A stretch of 64,000 nucleotides of DNA from Octopus vulgaris (Eukaryota), in contig OX597820.1 of the NCBI GenBank assembly GCA_951406725.2, forward strand, positions 104,594,001 through 104,658,000. The letters are read 5' to 3'. The notes under the pieces are model-generated. The model was not told the origin of the DNA, searched no databases, and was given only the letters and a program-made list of their open reading frames with translations. Made by a program: the position numbers and the translations under genes. Below, piece by piece: positions 1-12,356 of this stretch (position 1 is the stretch's first letter; every line of letters starts with the position of its first letter).

Positions 1-213
1 AAATCCACATGCAACTGATGTTTGGAAGTGACTGAGTGAAAGACAGTGGCAGGCAGTGAATGCCTGGGTCTGCAGGAGGCCTTCATTGCCAGATGCTGCC
101 ATAGTTATCATACACACAGCTGCCCCATGTCTAAAAATCGATTATTTATTTATTTATTTATTGTGGTTATAAGTGCAGATGGTCTTAAGTTGTATAGGTC
201 ATAAGTCTAGGAG

Positions 214-273
<60 letters not shown>

Positions 274-1360
274 ATGAACAATGGAAATGAATGGTGAGGA
301 GACAACTGTATGGTTAATACACTTTAAAAATATTGGAAAGTTATAGTTTTATTAGTGTAATGATAGCAGTGCCAATGATAATGGATATTTATAATTTAGT
401 ATCTGCATGCCAGTGATGTTTGACAAAATTCTGAAAAAACCTACAAAATACTAGAATTTAATATATTTAAGAAATGAACAGGTTCAGCTTTTATGGAGTT
501 GTATTGTTGTTCTTAGCCCCATATCAGCTGTGACTGGGCCAATCTATAACACACTGCTGGCTGAACGAGTAGATGCGTCCCACATATCTGTTGCTTAAAT
601 TATACCTAATTTAGAACTATGTTAACTGCTCCAGCCTGCAGTGATGAATTGCATGGAATACAGTGTGACAACCTGGATATGAAGTACAGTGTCTAATTCA
701 TTCCTGTACACATGCAGATTCTGGTGGTGGCCATACAGAGGCAAGCAATGTGGATTTGGTCAGCATCACAATTACTGAGTCTCTGAATATATTGTTGGTG
801 ATATACATCTCAACATGGTGTTGTTTTTTGAGGCTGTTGTTATTAATGTATCATAGAATTTAGTAACTACCTATTTTTGAGTTTGTTTGTTTTTTTCCAC
901 AGTGGTATATGTCTGTGCCTACATTTAGCTTAACTACATAAACATGTAGTCTCTCATACTGTTTAGAAGTCAAACAGCATTTCCCAGATCAATTATTAAA
1001 AAAAAAATCCCATAAAACTTCAAATAACAAGTGCAAATTTATTTTTCTTTCTTAAATGAAATTTTTTGCTATTAATAGAAATAATAAAGATATTTATTTG
1101 TTTTACAATTTGCTAATGAAAATACAAAAAAATATTTTTTTCTAAAAAGGAATGGAAAACGTATTGCCAATTCAGTGGCAGTGGTTCAATCCTACAATTC
1201 TGCGTATATAGCATGTGTCCATTACTCTAGTGTTAAATTGACCTATAGCTTCTGAATGGAAATTGGGCAGAAACTTTTTTATGTGTGATGTGTGTGTGTC
1301 CATCACCAATATTTAACCTTATATCTTCCAATGCTGTGAGTTGCATACGGCACCAAACTT

Positions 1361-4210
1361 CGGACGGACGGATGGGCGGATGGATGGATTAGTCACACAG
1401 GGCTGCACACAGACGGGACAGATTACAAAGTAGAGCTTTTCTTTTTTTGGAGGAAAAAAAAAAGGTGGGGTAGGTTTTTGATTAAAAGGGAAAGGAAAAA
1501 AGGGGAAAAAGAAAAAAAAACGATCAATAGGGATCGTGTATCAGAGTGTCATGATGTACGGTGTAAAGGGGGAAGCAGATAAGGTTTATCCGTGGGAAGA
1601 AAAGCCTACGGAAAAGGCCACGGTAACCTCGGTCAATATTGTTACATGTTACCACATTTGTTTGCAAGTGGGTAACCCTCTGTTTTCAATTTCTGGGTTC
1701 ATAGGATTATGCTCAAGGTGGCTTCGTCATTCATACGTGCCATCCTTACTACATTCACCCATCTTTTTTTAAACATTCGCTACGCAAAACTTGCCTCTCT
1801 ACTCTCACTTTCCTTTTCAAGTGATACTTGAAGAAGTTGATGAAAGATTGTCCGGAGAGGAAAGTGTTTGTCTCCAATCCTTTCAGACGCGTCCACCAGA
1901 TACATTCTTTCGCCATAGCCACAAGGATGATGAAAATAGCTCTTCCTTCCCGTTTGAAGGAAGGAGGCGTGACAATATTGACGATAGACTCGGCTAATAA
2001 ACCGACTCGTCCCACACGTGACAGTAGTTGTTTGACATAAACTCACAGTTCGGAAATTGTTGGACACTGCACGAGTGCGTGCAGAACGGTTTCGTTGCTC
2101 TGACCGCATCTCGGGCAGGTCGGCCCCGTGTTTCTCGAGCCGTGTCTGTAGAGCTTATCCCAAACGGGTAGCGCTTCTCGGTAGCACTGCCAGGCCAGGG
2201 ATCTCTGGAAGTTGTCCATGGGCCCTGGCCCGAAAGTCGTCCCGAACAGGCGGGTCAGGTAGTCCTCGTCGACGTCCAGGTTCGCCCCGAGCTCGTCGTC
2301 GTACCTCCCCTCCACTAATCCCCTATAGAATGCTTGGGTTGTGTTGGAGTCACTCAAGGTCGACCCGGGGCGGCAGAGTTGCTTGGGAGCAACGCGACAC
2401 TCGTGGTGCCATTCGCCCTTCCTCGGCCTCTTTTTGATCCACGACTGCAGTTCGGTCATGGAGACGAGTTGCGAGAAAGCATGCCTCACAAACGGCGACC
2501 ACACCTGTTCACCGTCGTCTACGTAGATCCTGAGATGTCGCAGTCTCAGCGCGTGTCTGCGCATCATCAACAACGGCATGCCCAGTCCTCCTTTTAACGG
2601 GTGTTGGCAGCAAATGGATCGCCTGACCATCGGGACGCATCCTTTCCAGAAGAAGCGAAAGAGAATGCGTTCTAGTTTGGTGATGGTAGGGTCGGGACAA
2701 GGCACGACGGTCAGGCGGTAGTAGATGACGGACGCGATGTACGTGTTCGCCACCTCCGTCCGGCCCATTGTCGGGTGAGAGTGACCACCCTACTCGTTAT
2801 CTCGTTCCAGTTCTCCATTTGGAGGTCCGGACCAAACCAGACCCCGAGCAACTCGACCGGACCGTCGGTCTAGCGTCCCATGATGAGGCGCTGGTGGACG
2901 GCATGGACTTGCTTCTCCAGATACCGAGTCGCAAGCCCACTGACTTTTCCCGTTTGATTTTCGCTCCTGTCACCGCTTCGTAGTTTTTCAGTGTCTCGCC
3001 GACTTGCTCGATGTGCTTGTGGCTAGACACTATGACGGTGACGTCGTCCGCGTATGCAGACACGCTCGTCCCGCATCCCAGTTCTCGCGGGATGCCCCTC
3101 AGAGTTGCCAGCTTCAGCAATAATGGCTCGAGAGTCAATACGTATAGAAGCGACGAGAGGAGGCATCCCTGACGGACCGAACGTGCGATGTCGAAAGGTC
3201 TCAATAGATGTCCATTTACGCGAATTAACGAACGGATGCCTCTGTACAAAGCGGCTATCCAGCCGTGGAAGACGGGACCGAAACCAGCCGCTCTGAGGAC
3301 TGCCTCCAAGTATCGATGGTCTACCCTATCGAAAGCTTTCGATTGATCAGCGCCCCACCCATGCCAGGTTCCTTAACTACCCTGTCTATGATGTAGCGCA
3401 TCAGGTGGAGGTTGTCATGGATGCTCCGGCACGGCGCACGTTTGTGCCTTGTCGACCAGTTTCTCGATGACAAGCGCCAACCTCTTGGCTAACACCTTGG
3501 TCAAAATTTTCAAGTCTGCATTAAGCAGAGTGATGGGCCTAAAGTTATCTATTACATTCCCCTTGTTTGGATCTTTTTTCACCAGTGTTACGGCTCCTTG
3601 GCTCACAAAACCATGAATGCTCCCGTTTTGCTGCCAGTTGCAGTACACCGCTGCCAAGACGTCTCCAAACAAGTCTGGCATACAACAGTAAAGCTCGTAG
3701 GGTAGACCATCCAGACCCGGCGATTTGTTCCACGATCATTCTGCCATCACATCCTGCACTTCCGCCGCCATGATGGCAACTTCGCAGCGCCCTGCCTCTC
3801 TTGTCGAGAGCCGTGGTAGGCTGTGTAGGTAGGCACTGAAGTCCACCCTACGTTCTTGCCCGCCACTCGTCCCGAACAGTCGGGCAAAAGCTGTTGAAAG
3901 GCCTCACACATTTTACTTGGCTCGATCAATTCGCGCCCCTGTTTATCTACCAGAGACCGAATGGTGGCTTTGTTGCCCTGTTGCACCTCTGCCACCCGGG
4001 CCTCTCTCGCGGCTCCAACACCTTCGTTCCTTAGAGCACGCATCCTAGCTCTGACAACACACCCTTCGTGTTTGGCGTTGAAGTGTTGGTCGAGGGTCAG
4101 CCTCGCCGCCAAAACGTCGGGTGCGATGCCGCTTCTAATTGCCTCTCCTAGCTTCTTAACTAGCTCACCCTCTACTCTATTTCTATCTATGGCTAGTGCT
4201 TTGCTGTACT
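1361..4210 (-). mobile_element. Tx1-like (L1 group) non-LTR retrotransposon, copy A, 5'-truncated, with (CCAT/CCGT)n tail
   Basis: Minus-strand ORF pieces carry RT motifs (NFRPITLLNADLKIL, SVRQGCLLS, AYADD) and C-terminal CPRCGQSNETVLHALVQC; 3' UTR is similar to copy B; ends in a GGAT/GGAC repeat at 1361-1389. Confidence 0.9.
1755..4210 (-). pseudogene. Frameshifted ORF2 remnant (RT plus C-terminal CCHC zinc finger) of Tx1-like copy A
   Basis: ORFs 3747-4112, 3415-3681, 2797-3309, 2043-2768 and 1755-2015 are colinear with ORF2 of copy B. Confidence 0.9.
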
Positions 4211-4248
4211 AGATAGATAGATAGATAGAGAGATGGATGGATGGATGG
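4210..4248. repeat. (GATA)n-(GGAT)n microsatellite between the two Tx1-like copies
   Basis: tagatagatagatagatagagagatggatggatggatgg. Confidence 0.95.
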
Positions 4249-4558
4249 CTTTTTATTGTGGCCACACAGGGCTAAACACAGAAAAAATGGACGAAATACA
4301 ATGTAGAGTTTTTCTTTTCGAGGTGGGACAAACAAGGAAAAAACGTTCAATCAATAGGGATCTGTGGGTTATTTGGTGTATAAAAAGCAATATATATATA
4401 ACGTTCCCCCAAAAAGAGAGCGGGGGGGGGGATCGCTATTGTTCACAGTTTAGGTGTAGCCTTGGAAAGAAAAAGCCTACAAAAAAGACCAAGGTCACCT
4501 CAGACAGTTCGAAATGTACACAAGAGTAAGTCACCTTACCTCTCGTTGTCTCTTTTGG

Positions 4559-7500
4559 TTACACATTTACGCTTAAAATGGTGTCGTCTTTCATACAGAC
4601 CATTTTTGCCACATTTACGCACTTTTTATTGAAACATTCGTTCGACAAAGCCTTCCTCTCTATTCTCATCCTCCTTTTCAAGTGGTACTTGAAAAAGTTG
4701 ACGAGAGACTGACCAGAGAGGAAAGTGTTTGTTTGTAGCCCTTTCAAACGCGTCCACCACACACATTCTTTCGCCATAGACATCAGCGTAACGAAAACCG
4801 TTTTCCCTTCCCATTTAAAGGAAGGTGGTGGAACAATATTCACGACAGACTCGGCCGATAAGCGGGCCCGTCCTACACGCGACAACAGCTGTTCGACGAA
4901 GGTCCACAGCTCTGAAATATCTGAACACTGCACGAGTGCGTGCAGAACGGTTTCGTCGTTCTGACCGCATCTCGGGCAGGTCGGTCCGCTAGTGGTTTTC
5001 GAACCGTGCCTGTAGCTCTTCTCTCGAACAGGTAGTGCGTCTCGATAGCATTGCCAAGCCAGGGATTTCTGGAAGTTATCCATAGGCCCCGGCCCGAACG
5101 TCGTCCTGAGAAGGCGGGTTAGGAATTTCTCGTCGACGCCCAGGTTTTCCTCGAGTGTGTCGTCGGACCTCCCCTCCACTAGTCCTCTGTAGAACGCTTT
5201 AGTCGTTTGTAAGTTGCACAAGTTTGATCCCGAACGGCAGAGTTGCTGTAGTGCTTGGCGACACTCTCGGTGCCAATCGCCCAGTTTCGGTCTCTTCTTG
5301 ATCCACGTTTGCAGTTCGGTCAGTGAGACGAGCTGCGGGAAGGCGTGCCTCACAAACGGCGCCCACACCTGTTCACCGTCGTCGATGAAGTTCCAGAGAT
5401 GTCGCAGCCTCAGCGCATGCCTGCGCATTATCAACAACGGCATGCCCAGTCCTCCATTTAACGGATGTTGACAGCAAATGGACCGCCTCACCATCGGAAC
5501 GCCACCCTTCCACAGAAAGCGGAAGAGTATGCGTTCCAGTTTGGTGATGGTAGCATCGGAACAAGGCACGACGGTCAGGCGGTAATCGATGACGGATGCG
5601 ATGTACGCGTTCGCCACCTCCGCCCGACCTTTTAGAGACAGCTTTCTCTCGGCCCATGTTTGGCTGAGAGCGACCACTCGTGATCTCGTCCCAGTTCTTA
5701 TCCATTTGGAGGTCCGGACTGAAGCAGACCCCGAGCAATTTAACCGGTCCGTCCATCCAGCGTCCCACTACTGAGTCGCAGTTGGACGGTATGGGCTTGC
5801 TTCTCCAGGTGCCGAGTAGCAAACCCACTGACTTTTCCGGGTTAATTTTCGCTCCCGTCACCGTTTCGTATTCTTTTAGTGTCTATCATCTGGATGTGTT
5901 TTTCGCTCGACACTATGACGGTGACATCGTCTGCATATGCCGACACGCTCGTCCCGCAACCCAGTTCCCGTGGGATGCCCCTCAGTGTCGCCAGCTTCCG
6001 CAGTAGCGGCTCGAGAGTCAATACATACAGAAGCGCCGACAGGGGACATCCCTGACGGACCGAACGCGTGATGTCAAACGGTTTCGACAGGTGACCGTTC
6101 ACCCGAATTACCGATCAGATGCCGCTATACAAGTCAGCGATCCAACCGCGGAAGACGGGACCGAAGCCAGCCGCCCTGAGGACAGCCGCCAAGTACCGAT
6201 GGTCGACCCTATCGAAGGCTTTAGACTGATCCTAATTCATCAGCGCCCCACCCATGCCAGGATCCTTAACTACCCTGTCCACGATGTAGCGCATCAGATG
6301 GAGGTTGTCATGTATGGTTCTGCCCGGCACGGCGCATGTTTGCGCTCTGTCGACCAGTTTACCAATGACAAGCGCCAAACTCTCGGCTATTACTTTGGCC
6401 AAAATTTTCAAATCTGCGTTGAGCAGAGTGATGGGCCTGAAATTATCTATAAAATACCCCTTGTTTGGGTCTTTCTTCAGCAACGTCACTGCACTTCGGC
6501 TCACGAAACCGGGGATTCTCCTGTTTTGCTGCCAGTTGCAGTAGACTGATGCCAAGAGGTCGCCAAACAAGTCTGGCATTTGACAATACAGCTCGTAGGG
6601 TAGACCATCCAATCCAGGCGACTTATCCCGCGCGCAGCCCGCCATCGCATCCCGCACGTCAGCGGCTGTGATGGGACTTTCACAACACTCCGCTTCTCCT
6701 GCCGAGAGCCGCGGCAGGTCGGTCAGGTAGGCACTGAAATCCATCCCGCGTTCTGACCCACCACTCGCACCAAACAGTCGAGCAAAGTGCTGTTGAAAGG
6801 CCTCACACATCCTTTCGGGTTCGAATAAACTGCATCCCTGTTGATCTATTAGAGACCGAATGATGGCTCTGTTGCCACGTTGCGCCTCCGCTACCCGGGC
6901 CTCTCGCGCAGTTTCGATCCCTTCGTTCCTTAAGGCACGCATTTTAGCTCTGATGACGCAACCTTCGTGCTTGGCGTTGAGGTGTTGGTCGAGGGCCATC
7001 CTCGCAGCCAGCACGTTGGTTGCGCTGCCAGTGGTAAGTGCCTCTTCTAGTTTCTTAACCAAGTCTCCCTCTACTCTATTTCGATCTATCGCTAATTCCT
7101 TGCTAAACCTAATTGATTCCGATTTTACTGCCATTTTCAGGGCGAACCACCAGCGGTTGTTAACGACGGCGCCCGCCAGCGCCCTCTTAATTAACTCGCT
7201 AATCCGGTTCCTGTAAACCTGTCGCGCTAAGAGCGACGTGTTTAGTTTCCAGTAACCGGGACCCTGTCTATGTGTCTTATCTAAGTCGAGCGTACACGTC
7301 ACAAATTTGTGATCTGTGTAGCTGACTATTTTAAATTGTGGGCATCCTACACTATCCCTATCCGCTGTCCTGCATAGAATTTTATCTAGATAAGATCTCG
7401 ACGATCCGATGCGGTTTGTCCAAGTCCACGTTGGCACGTTCGGATGGTCGAGTCGGAACCTGTCAGACAAATGGAAACGTCTGAGTAGGTCTTTGAGGCA

Positions 7501-7975
7501 CTTACACCCCCTTCTATTCCTATCCATTCCCACATAATCTAGATGCGTGTCCAAGCTAGCGTTCCAATCCCCTACTAACAGTAAAGGTCTAGACGTACCC
7601 AGGAAAAGCTCTAGACGTCTGAAGAAATCCGTCCGACCCGTTAAGGACGGTGCATAAACTGCCATCAGACGGAATGCACACCCATTTCTGCCATCACGTC
7701 CAAGACAACCAGCCTAGGAATATTGTTCTTACTTTTACATTTAGACTCCTTCGAAAAATCACCGCGGTACCTCCACCACCCATGTTCGGCAGACAGGGAG
7801 AAAAATAAATGTCGAATTGATCGCCAAACATGGACGCGAGGGCCCGCGGCTTGCTGAGTCTGGTTTCACTGATAGCTACTATATCCACGTTCAGTGACTT
7901 GATGTCGTTTAGAAGGTAACCTTGCTTCCAAGCCGACGCCAAGCCATGCGCATTCACACAACCTAATTTAAGCAT
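4559..7975 (-). pseudogene. ORF2 of Tx1-like copy B: APE endonuclease, reverse transcriptase, zinc finger; several frameshifts
   Basis: MLKLGCVNAHGL..ISETR, VYAP, GDWN, YLD, YTDH (APE); GYWKLN; SPGLDGLPYE; QGCPLS, AYADD; GGLGMP; CPRC..ETVLHALVQC. Confidence 0.93.
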
Positions 7976-8049
7976 AATTGACGTTTACGAAATTTGTGTT
8001 TCAGACACTACATTGGAAGAGACAAGAGGCAAGAGGGAAGGTCACTTAC

Positions 8050-9864
8050 TCATTTCGAAAGTTTCAGTTTTTTCTTCTTTTGTAGTGTCTTTGAGGAGGT
8101 GTTTGAATAGTTTTTTGGATAGGTATCTTTGAAACCCCCTACCGCATTTGGAAATATGGTTTTCAGTGTATGGTGTTGTGTTTGTATTATGTGTACAATT
8201 CTTATGTGTGTCGGTGGTGTTGTGCGTGGATGATTATTTACTTTAAAGTCATCTTCACAGATGTTTGTGTTAGATGCAATGCATTCCATTAGTTTTTTAT
8301 TGTCCGTGTCTATTGCTGTTAGATGTGTGTGTGGTTTTGCGGTATCGTTGATGGTTTGATTGTCTAAGGGGGGGGGGCTGTCAGGAGTTAAATATCTCCC
8401 TGCTTTACTTGCTTGTTTGGTGGGCTTTTTTTATCTTTTCCTTTTACCCCCTGTGGCTTTTTGCCATTCCGTCGAACTTTCGTCGTTGGCATTTGCGTTA
8501 ATATGTATGTTTGTAGAAAGTGTTGTTATTTGTGCGGTGTTTGTGTTGTTGTGGTGTTAGGGGTAGAATTTGTCTTCTCGTCACTGTTATCTGTTTTCTT
8601 AGTTGTCGTCCTTGGTGCTGGTGTTGGTCTGTTTTTGATGTTGGTTGTGGTTTTGCTTCTTTATTTGGTTGCGACGTCAACGGTAATTGTGTTGGTGCTG
8701 TTTCTTTTCTTGGTGATGTTGTTGGGGTTTGTTTGCTAGTTTGTTGTTGTTCGTGGCGTTGTTCCATATTTCTATATAATTCTTGTATCAGTTGTGGGTT
8801 TGGTGGTGTTGGTAGCAGAGGTTGTTTTCATTTGTTTTCTGATTTGTTTTTTCTGTCCCAGAACGCACTTTGCGATTAAGTGGTCTGGGCTGCCACAGCT
8901 GTAACATCGTGGTTTTTTACCTTCCTCTACCACATACAGGCTTTGGCCATTTTCCAAATATATAATGTTTGGTAAATTCTCGATAGAAGACCCATCGATT
9001 TCCTACTCCAATTATCATTTTTAACAACGGCGATTTCTAATATGTTGTCCATTTGGGTGGGATTTCGGGCGGGACATTTTTTATTCTAATTTTACTCACT
9101 CTTTGTCCCATGTAATATGGGACCATAACAAGTTCTTCATTTTGCAATGTCTCCGTAGAGTGAGCTTTTGCCACTTCCTGGTTATGGAAGCGGACCACCA
9201 CTGTATTAAACTGGGGGCCCCAGTTTATATATTCTTTTGTTTTCATTATGTTTTTTGCACATTTTTCCACGTTTGTTTTTGTTATTTGTTCGTTTTTTTT
9301 CGTGTTTTTCCTAATAATTCTATATAGAATTGTTCGCTTTTCTACATCTTCTCTAATATGTTGTGGTGTGTGTAGAATCAGGTTTTGTCCTGATGTTGTG
9401 AAGAGTGATCGTGTCTCCATCAACTCTTCATTTGTGAAATATACAATTTCTCTTTTTTGACGCGGGGTGTCAGCGAAATTCACAGTTCTCTTCTGGCAGT
9501 TGTTGTCCTTGTATGTTTTTGTTGTTGTTGAATCAGAATTATTGTCGGTTGTTGTAGTGTTAGTAGCTTTTTCAGGGACTGTTACTTTTGTCTTGTTAAT
9601 ATTATCTTCACCATTAATAGGTGAGATAATCAAATCTTGTGAAACATCATGGTTATTTATATTTACTTCATTTTTGTTGTTGTTGTTGTTGTTGTTAACG
9701 GTTGTTGTGTCAGTGGTAGTTTTGGTGTTGGTGGTGGTGGTGGTGTTGATTACAGTTTTATCATTCTTTGTAGCAGCGTCTTTGTTGACTGTCTTTCCCA
9801 AAGCAGGAAAATCCTCCTTAGAAAAAATCGCAGAATATTGCTCTACGATAAGATTTCTCGACAT
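8050..9864 (-). pseudogene. ORF1 (gag-like) of Tx1-like copy B, frameshifted
   Basis: ORF 9037-9864 has a Thr/Asn-rich N-terminus and an RRM-like region ending IRIKNVPPEI; CYSCGSPDHLIAKC (CX2CX4HX4C) at about 8870-8910; low-complexity C-terminus lies directly upstream of ORF2. Confidence 0.82.
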
Positions 9865-10267
9865 TTTTTATCGAGAAATAAAAATCAATTGATGAAAATG
9901 CCCCTAGGGGCGAATTCTACATTTAAAAAACACCCAAACGAAATTTGGGCGTTTGAAAAGTTGAAAACTCCGAAAATATAAAATGTAAACAAATGGATGC
10001 AACAGAGAGAGAGAGAACAGCGTCTATGCGTTATGAGGAACGCTTCGGCGACATTATGTAAAAACAAACTATAGAAGCAAAAAATTTTATATATAATCAA
10101 AGCTGAAACTGCCCCTAGGGGCAAAATCCCCTCCGGAAAACACACCCAGACGAAAGCTGGGTGTCTTACACACTCCGTGCGCGAAAATTTGAAACGAAAC
10201 TTTTGCAAAAACACAATAAAAAGGGCGATTGACTTACGAGCCGATCCAAAATGAACACTATCGATCG

Positions 10268-10289
10268 AGATAGATAGATAGATAGATAG
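10268..10289. repeat. (GATA)n at the 5' flank of Tx1-like copy B (possible target site duplication)
   Basis: agatagatagatagatagatag matches 4211-4228. Confidence 0.9.
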
Positions 10290-11340
10290 CAGTGGCGTGC
10301 GGTGACTTCCGGGGTTGGGCATGCAATGAATCTCTTTGCCCCACCCCCGGCAATTTTTCAATAAAAATTTGTTCAAATTCCTACGATTTTATTGGAGATT
10401 CTGAATATGCAAACACCCCCGCATGACCTAGAATAAAAGTAAACGTCGCCCTGGTACTATTTAAGAAGAGTGGTCCCGTTGCGCGCGCTCGCGCATCCGC
10501 GCTGGCTAGTCGTGACTAGTCGATCATACGACTATCTAGCAAAGTAAATAAATTTTTTAAACAAAATATATAAAACACAAAAACACAAAGTAAGGATCGA
10601 CTAGTCACGACTAGCTGGCGTGGATTCTCGGATGCGCGCACCGGGACCATTCTTCTTAAATAGTACCCAGGATTTTTAAATTGTTTGCAATACTCATCAA
10701 ATTTGTTGAAATTCGAAAGTTCCATGAATTTAAACTCTTCTAAGGATGAATATCGTACTTTTATTTGGTCAACTATTGTACTGATAATTTTGTTATAAAG
10801 CATTTTATAATGTCGTTGGGGCTCAATAGATATATTCTTGGATCTCTGAATTCCGATTCCTGCATCGACTCCATATTTTTCCCCTAACATATAAAAGATT
10901 GAAAAATTATCAAGTTTGTTTTCGAGTACAGTTCTAGTTTTATCTATTTGCTCTTTACAATACACTATGTCATGACTTTTACTCTGGAGGATATTAAATA
11001 AGACGTCAGTAAAAGAAAAAATCTCACTGAATACTTCTAACAAAAATAAGAAATCAGGAGCTTTTAAAGTGTGTAAGAATCCAATTGCTGAATTTATGGT
11101 GGTATCATCCCATGCTTCAGGATTTTCAATGATGTGCTCAAAAAGACTGATTATGAAATTATAATTTTCCTTTGTGGTAATAATAAGCCGCGAGGAGTAA
11201 TTCCATTGCTGTTGCCTTCGGAAATCTTTTTTTTAACAATGTTATCTAATGCCCTTTTCGGTGTTTTCGTAAAAAATGTACTCAGTCCGTTTATTGTACA
11301 AAAAATATATTGCATTCTTTCATAGCAGAGCATGATTGTG
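10290..11340 (-). mobile_element. hAT-family DNA transposon fragment (ZMYM1-like transposase remnant, one terminus)
   Basis: Starts CAGTGGCGTGCGGTGA (hAT-like TIR); minus-strand peptides FFTKTPKRAL and FLFLLEVFSEIFSFTDVLFNILQSKSHDI resemble hAT transposases; no second TIR found. Confidence 0.7.
10453..10667. mobile_element. MITE-like element with long imperfect terminal inverted repeats, inside the hAT remnant
   Basis: ggtactatttaagaagagtggtcccg..ctagtcgtgactagtcgatc versus gatcgactagtcacgactag..cgggaccattcttcttaaatagtacc. Confidence 0.8.
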
Positions 11341-11729
11341 AAAGAACTAAATTTCTAATGGATGTTGTAACTGACATCTTTATCTTTTAATGACCATATA
11401 TGATTGGATAATTTTGTCGCTTTCCTTAAGTCCCAGTGCCGAAAACTCAAGGTGTGGTTATTGAACCTGGCCTTGAAATTACCCTCTGTAAGGCCCACAT
11501 ATTTCTCCGTCTTTAAAGGCCATGGACTGAAGATGTGAATTTTTTTTTTGTTTTTGTGCCCGGATCAGACCCGGAACATTCATGATGTGAATTTTCCGAG
11601 TCCTCTCCACCCCCTTTCGCGAGCGTGCATTTTTTTGTCATATTCGTTTAGAGCAAGTTGTTTTACACATATTACACTATTTTTTTTGTTTTTGTGCCCG
11701 GGTCATGAATGCTCACAGAAACCATAAAC

Positions 11730-12308
11730 GGTAAGCCACCTTATAGTCCGGACATGGTACCTAGTGACTACTACCTGTTCCCTAAGTTGAAAGAACATTT
11801 GGCCGGAACGCGCTTCAGCAATAAGGACGAGGTAAAAGATGAGGTCCAACGCTTCCTCATCGAAGCTAGTATGATATGGGCATACAAAAAACCGCCCCAG
11901 CACCTACAAAAATGCATCGACCGAAATGGCAATTATGTGGAAAAATAGATAAATGTTCAAACTTTAAAATGACATAAACGTTATCTTTATATATAAAAGT
12001 GAAGTTGTGTGTGTGAGACTCTGTCTCCTCCGATTTAGATTCCTAACTACTCCCACAGTTTAACCAAAAGCGGGTATCTTATACCTTCTGGGTATTAGCG
12101 CGCGTCTACGATGAGTCTACGATTAAAAAAAAAATTTACCATTATTTTTCCGCATTTTTGCTCGGGTTATATAAGGGAAGTAACTCTCTAAAAATGCTTA
12201 TATAGTTATTTCCCTTACAAACCCGAGCAACGCTGGGCGATACTGCTAGTTGACAATAAAAGTTTCTGTGATTTCTAAATATTTTTCGAGACCTTACTTT
12301 TGGGATTA

Positions 12309-12316
<8 letters not shown>
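11730..12316 (+). mobile_element. mariner transposon 3' fragment, interrupted by a Helitron
   Basis: PPYSPDMVPSDYYLFPKLKEHLAGTRF...CIDRNGNYVEK; TIR-like end ccttacttttgggattactctcata. Confidence 0.85.
11984..12249 (+). mobile_element. Non-autonomous Helitron-like element
   Basis: 5' TC, subterminal hairpin cccgagcaacgctggg and 3' CTAG, inserted between A and T; related copy at 35133-35529. Confidence 0.8.

Positions 12317-12351
<35 letters not shown>

Positions 12352-12356
<5 letters not shown>

Larger units (their letters stand above)
4231..10267 (-). mobile_element. Tx1-like non-LTR retrotransposon, copy B, apparently full length (about 6 kb)
   Basis: 5' UTR, ORF1 with zinc knuckle, ORF2 with APE, RT and CCHC, then AATAAA and a (CCAT)n tail; (GATA)n on both flanks. 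Confidence 0.92.

Noticed and set aside
1595-1623. CCU-uuuccgu-AGG resembling an HDV-like P3/L3
   Set aside because: Only 9 nt separate it from the closing strand, too short for P1', P4 and J4/2; treated as a plain stem-loop
9888-9920. ttgatga..gcccctaggggc..gaat as a hammerhead
   Set aside because: No GAAA or stems I and III, and it is antisense to the element
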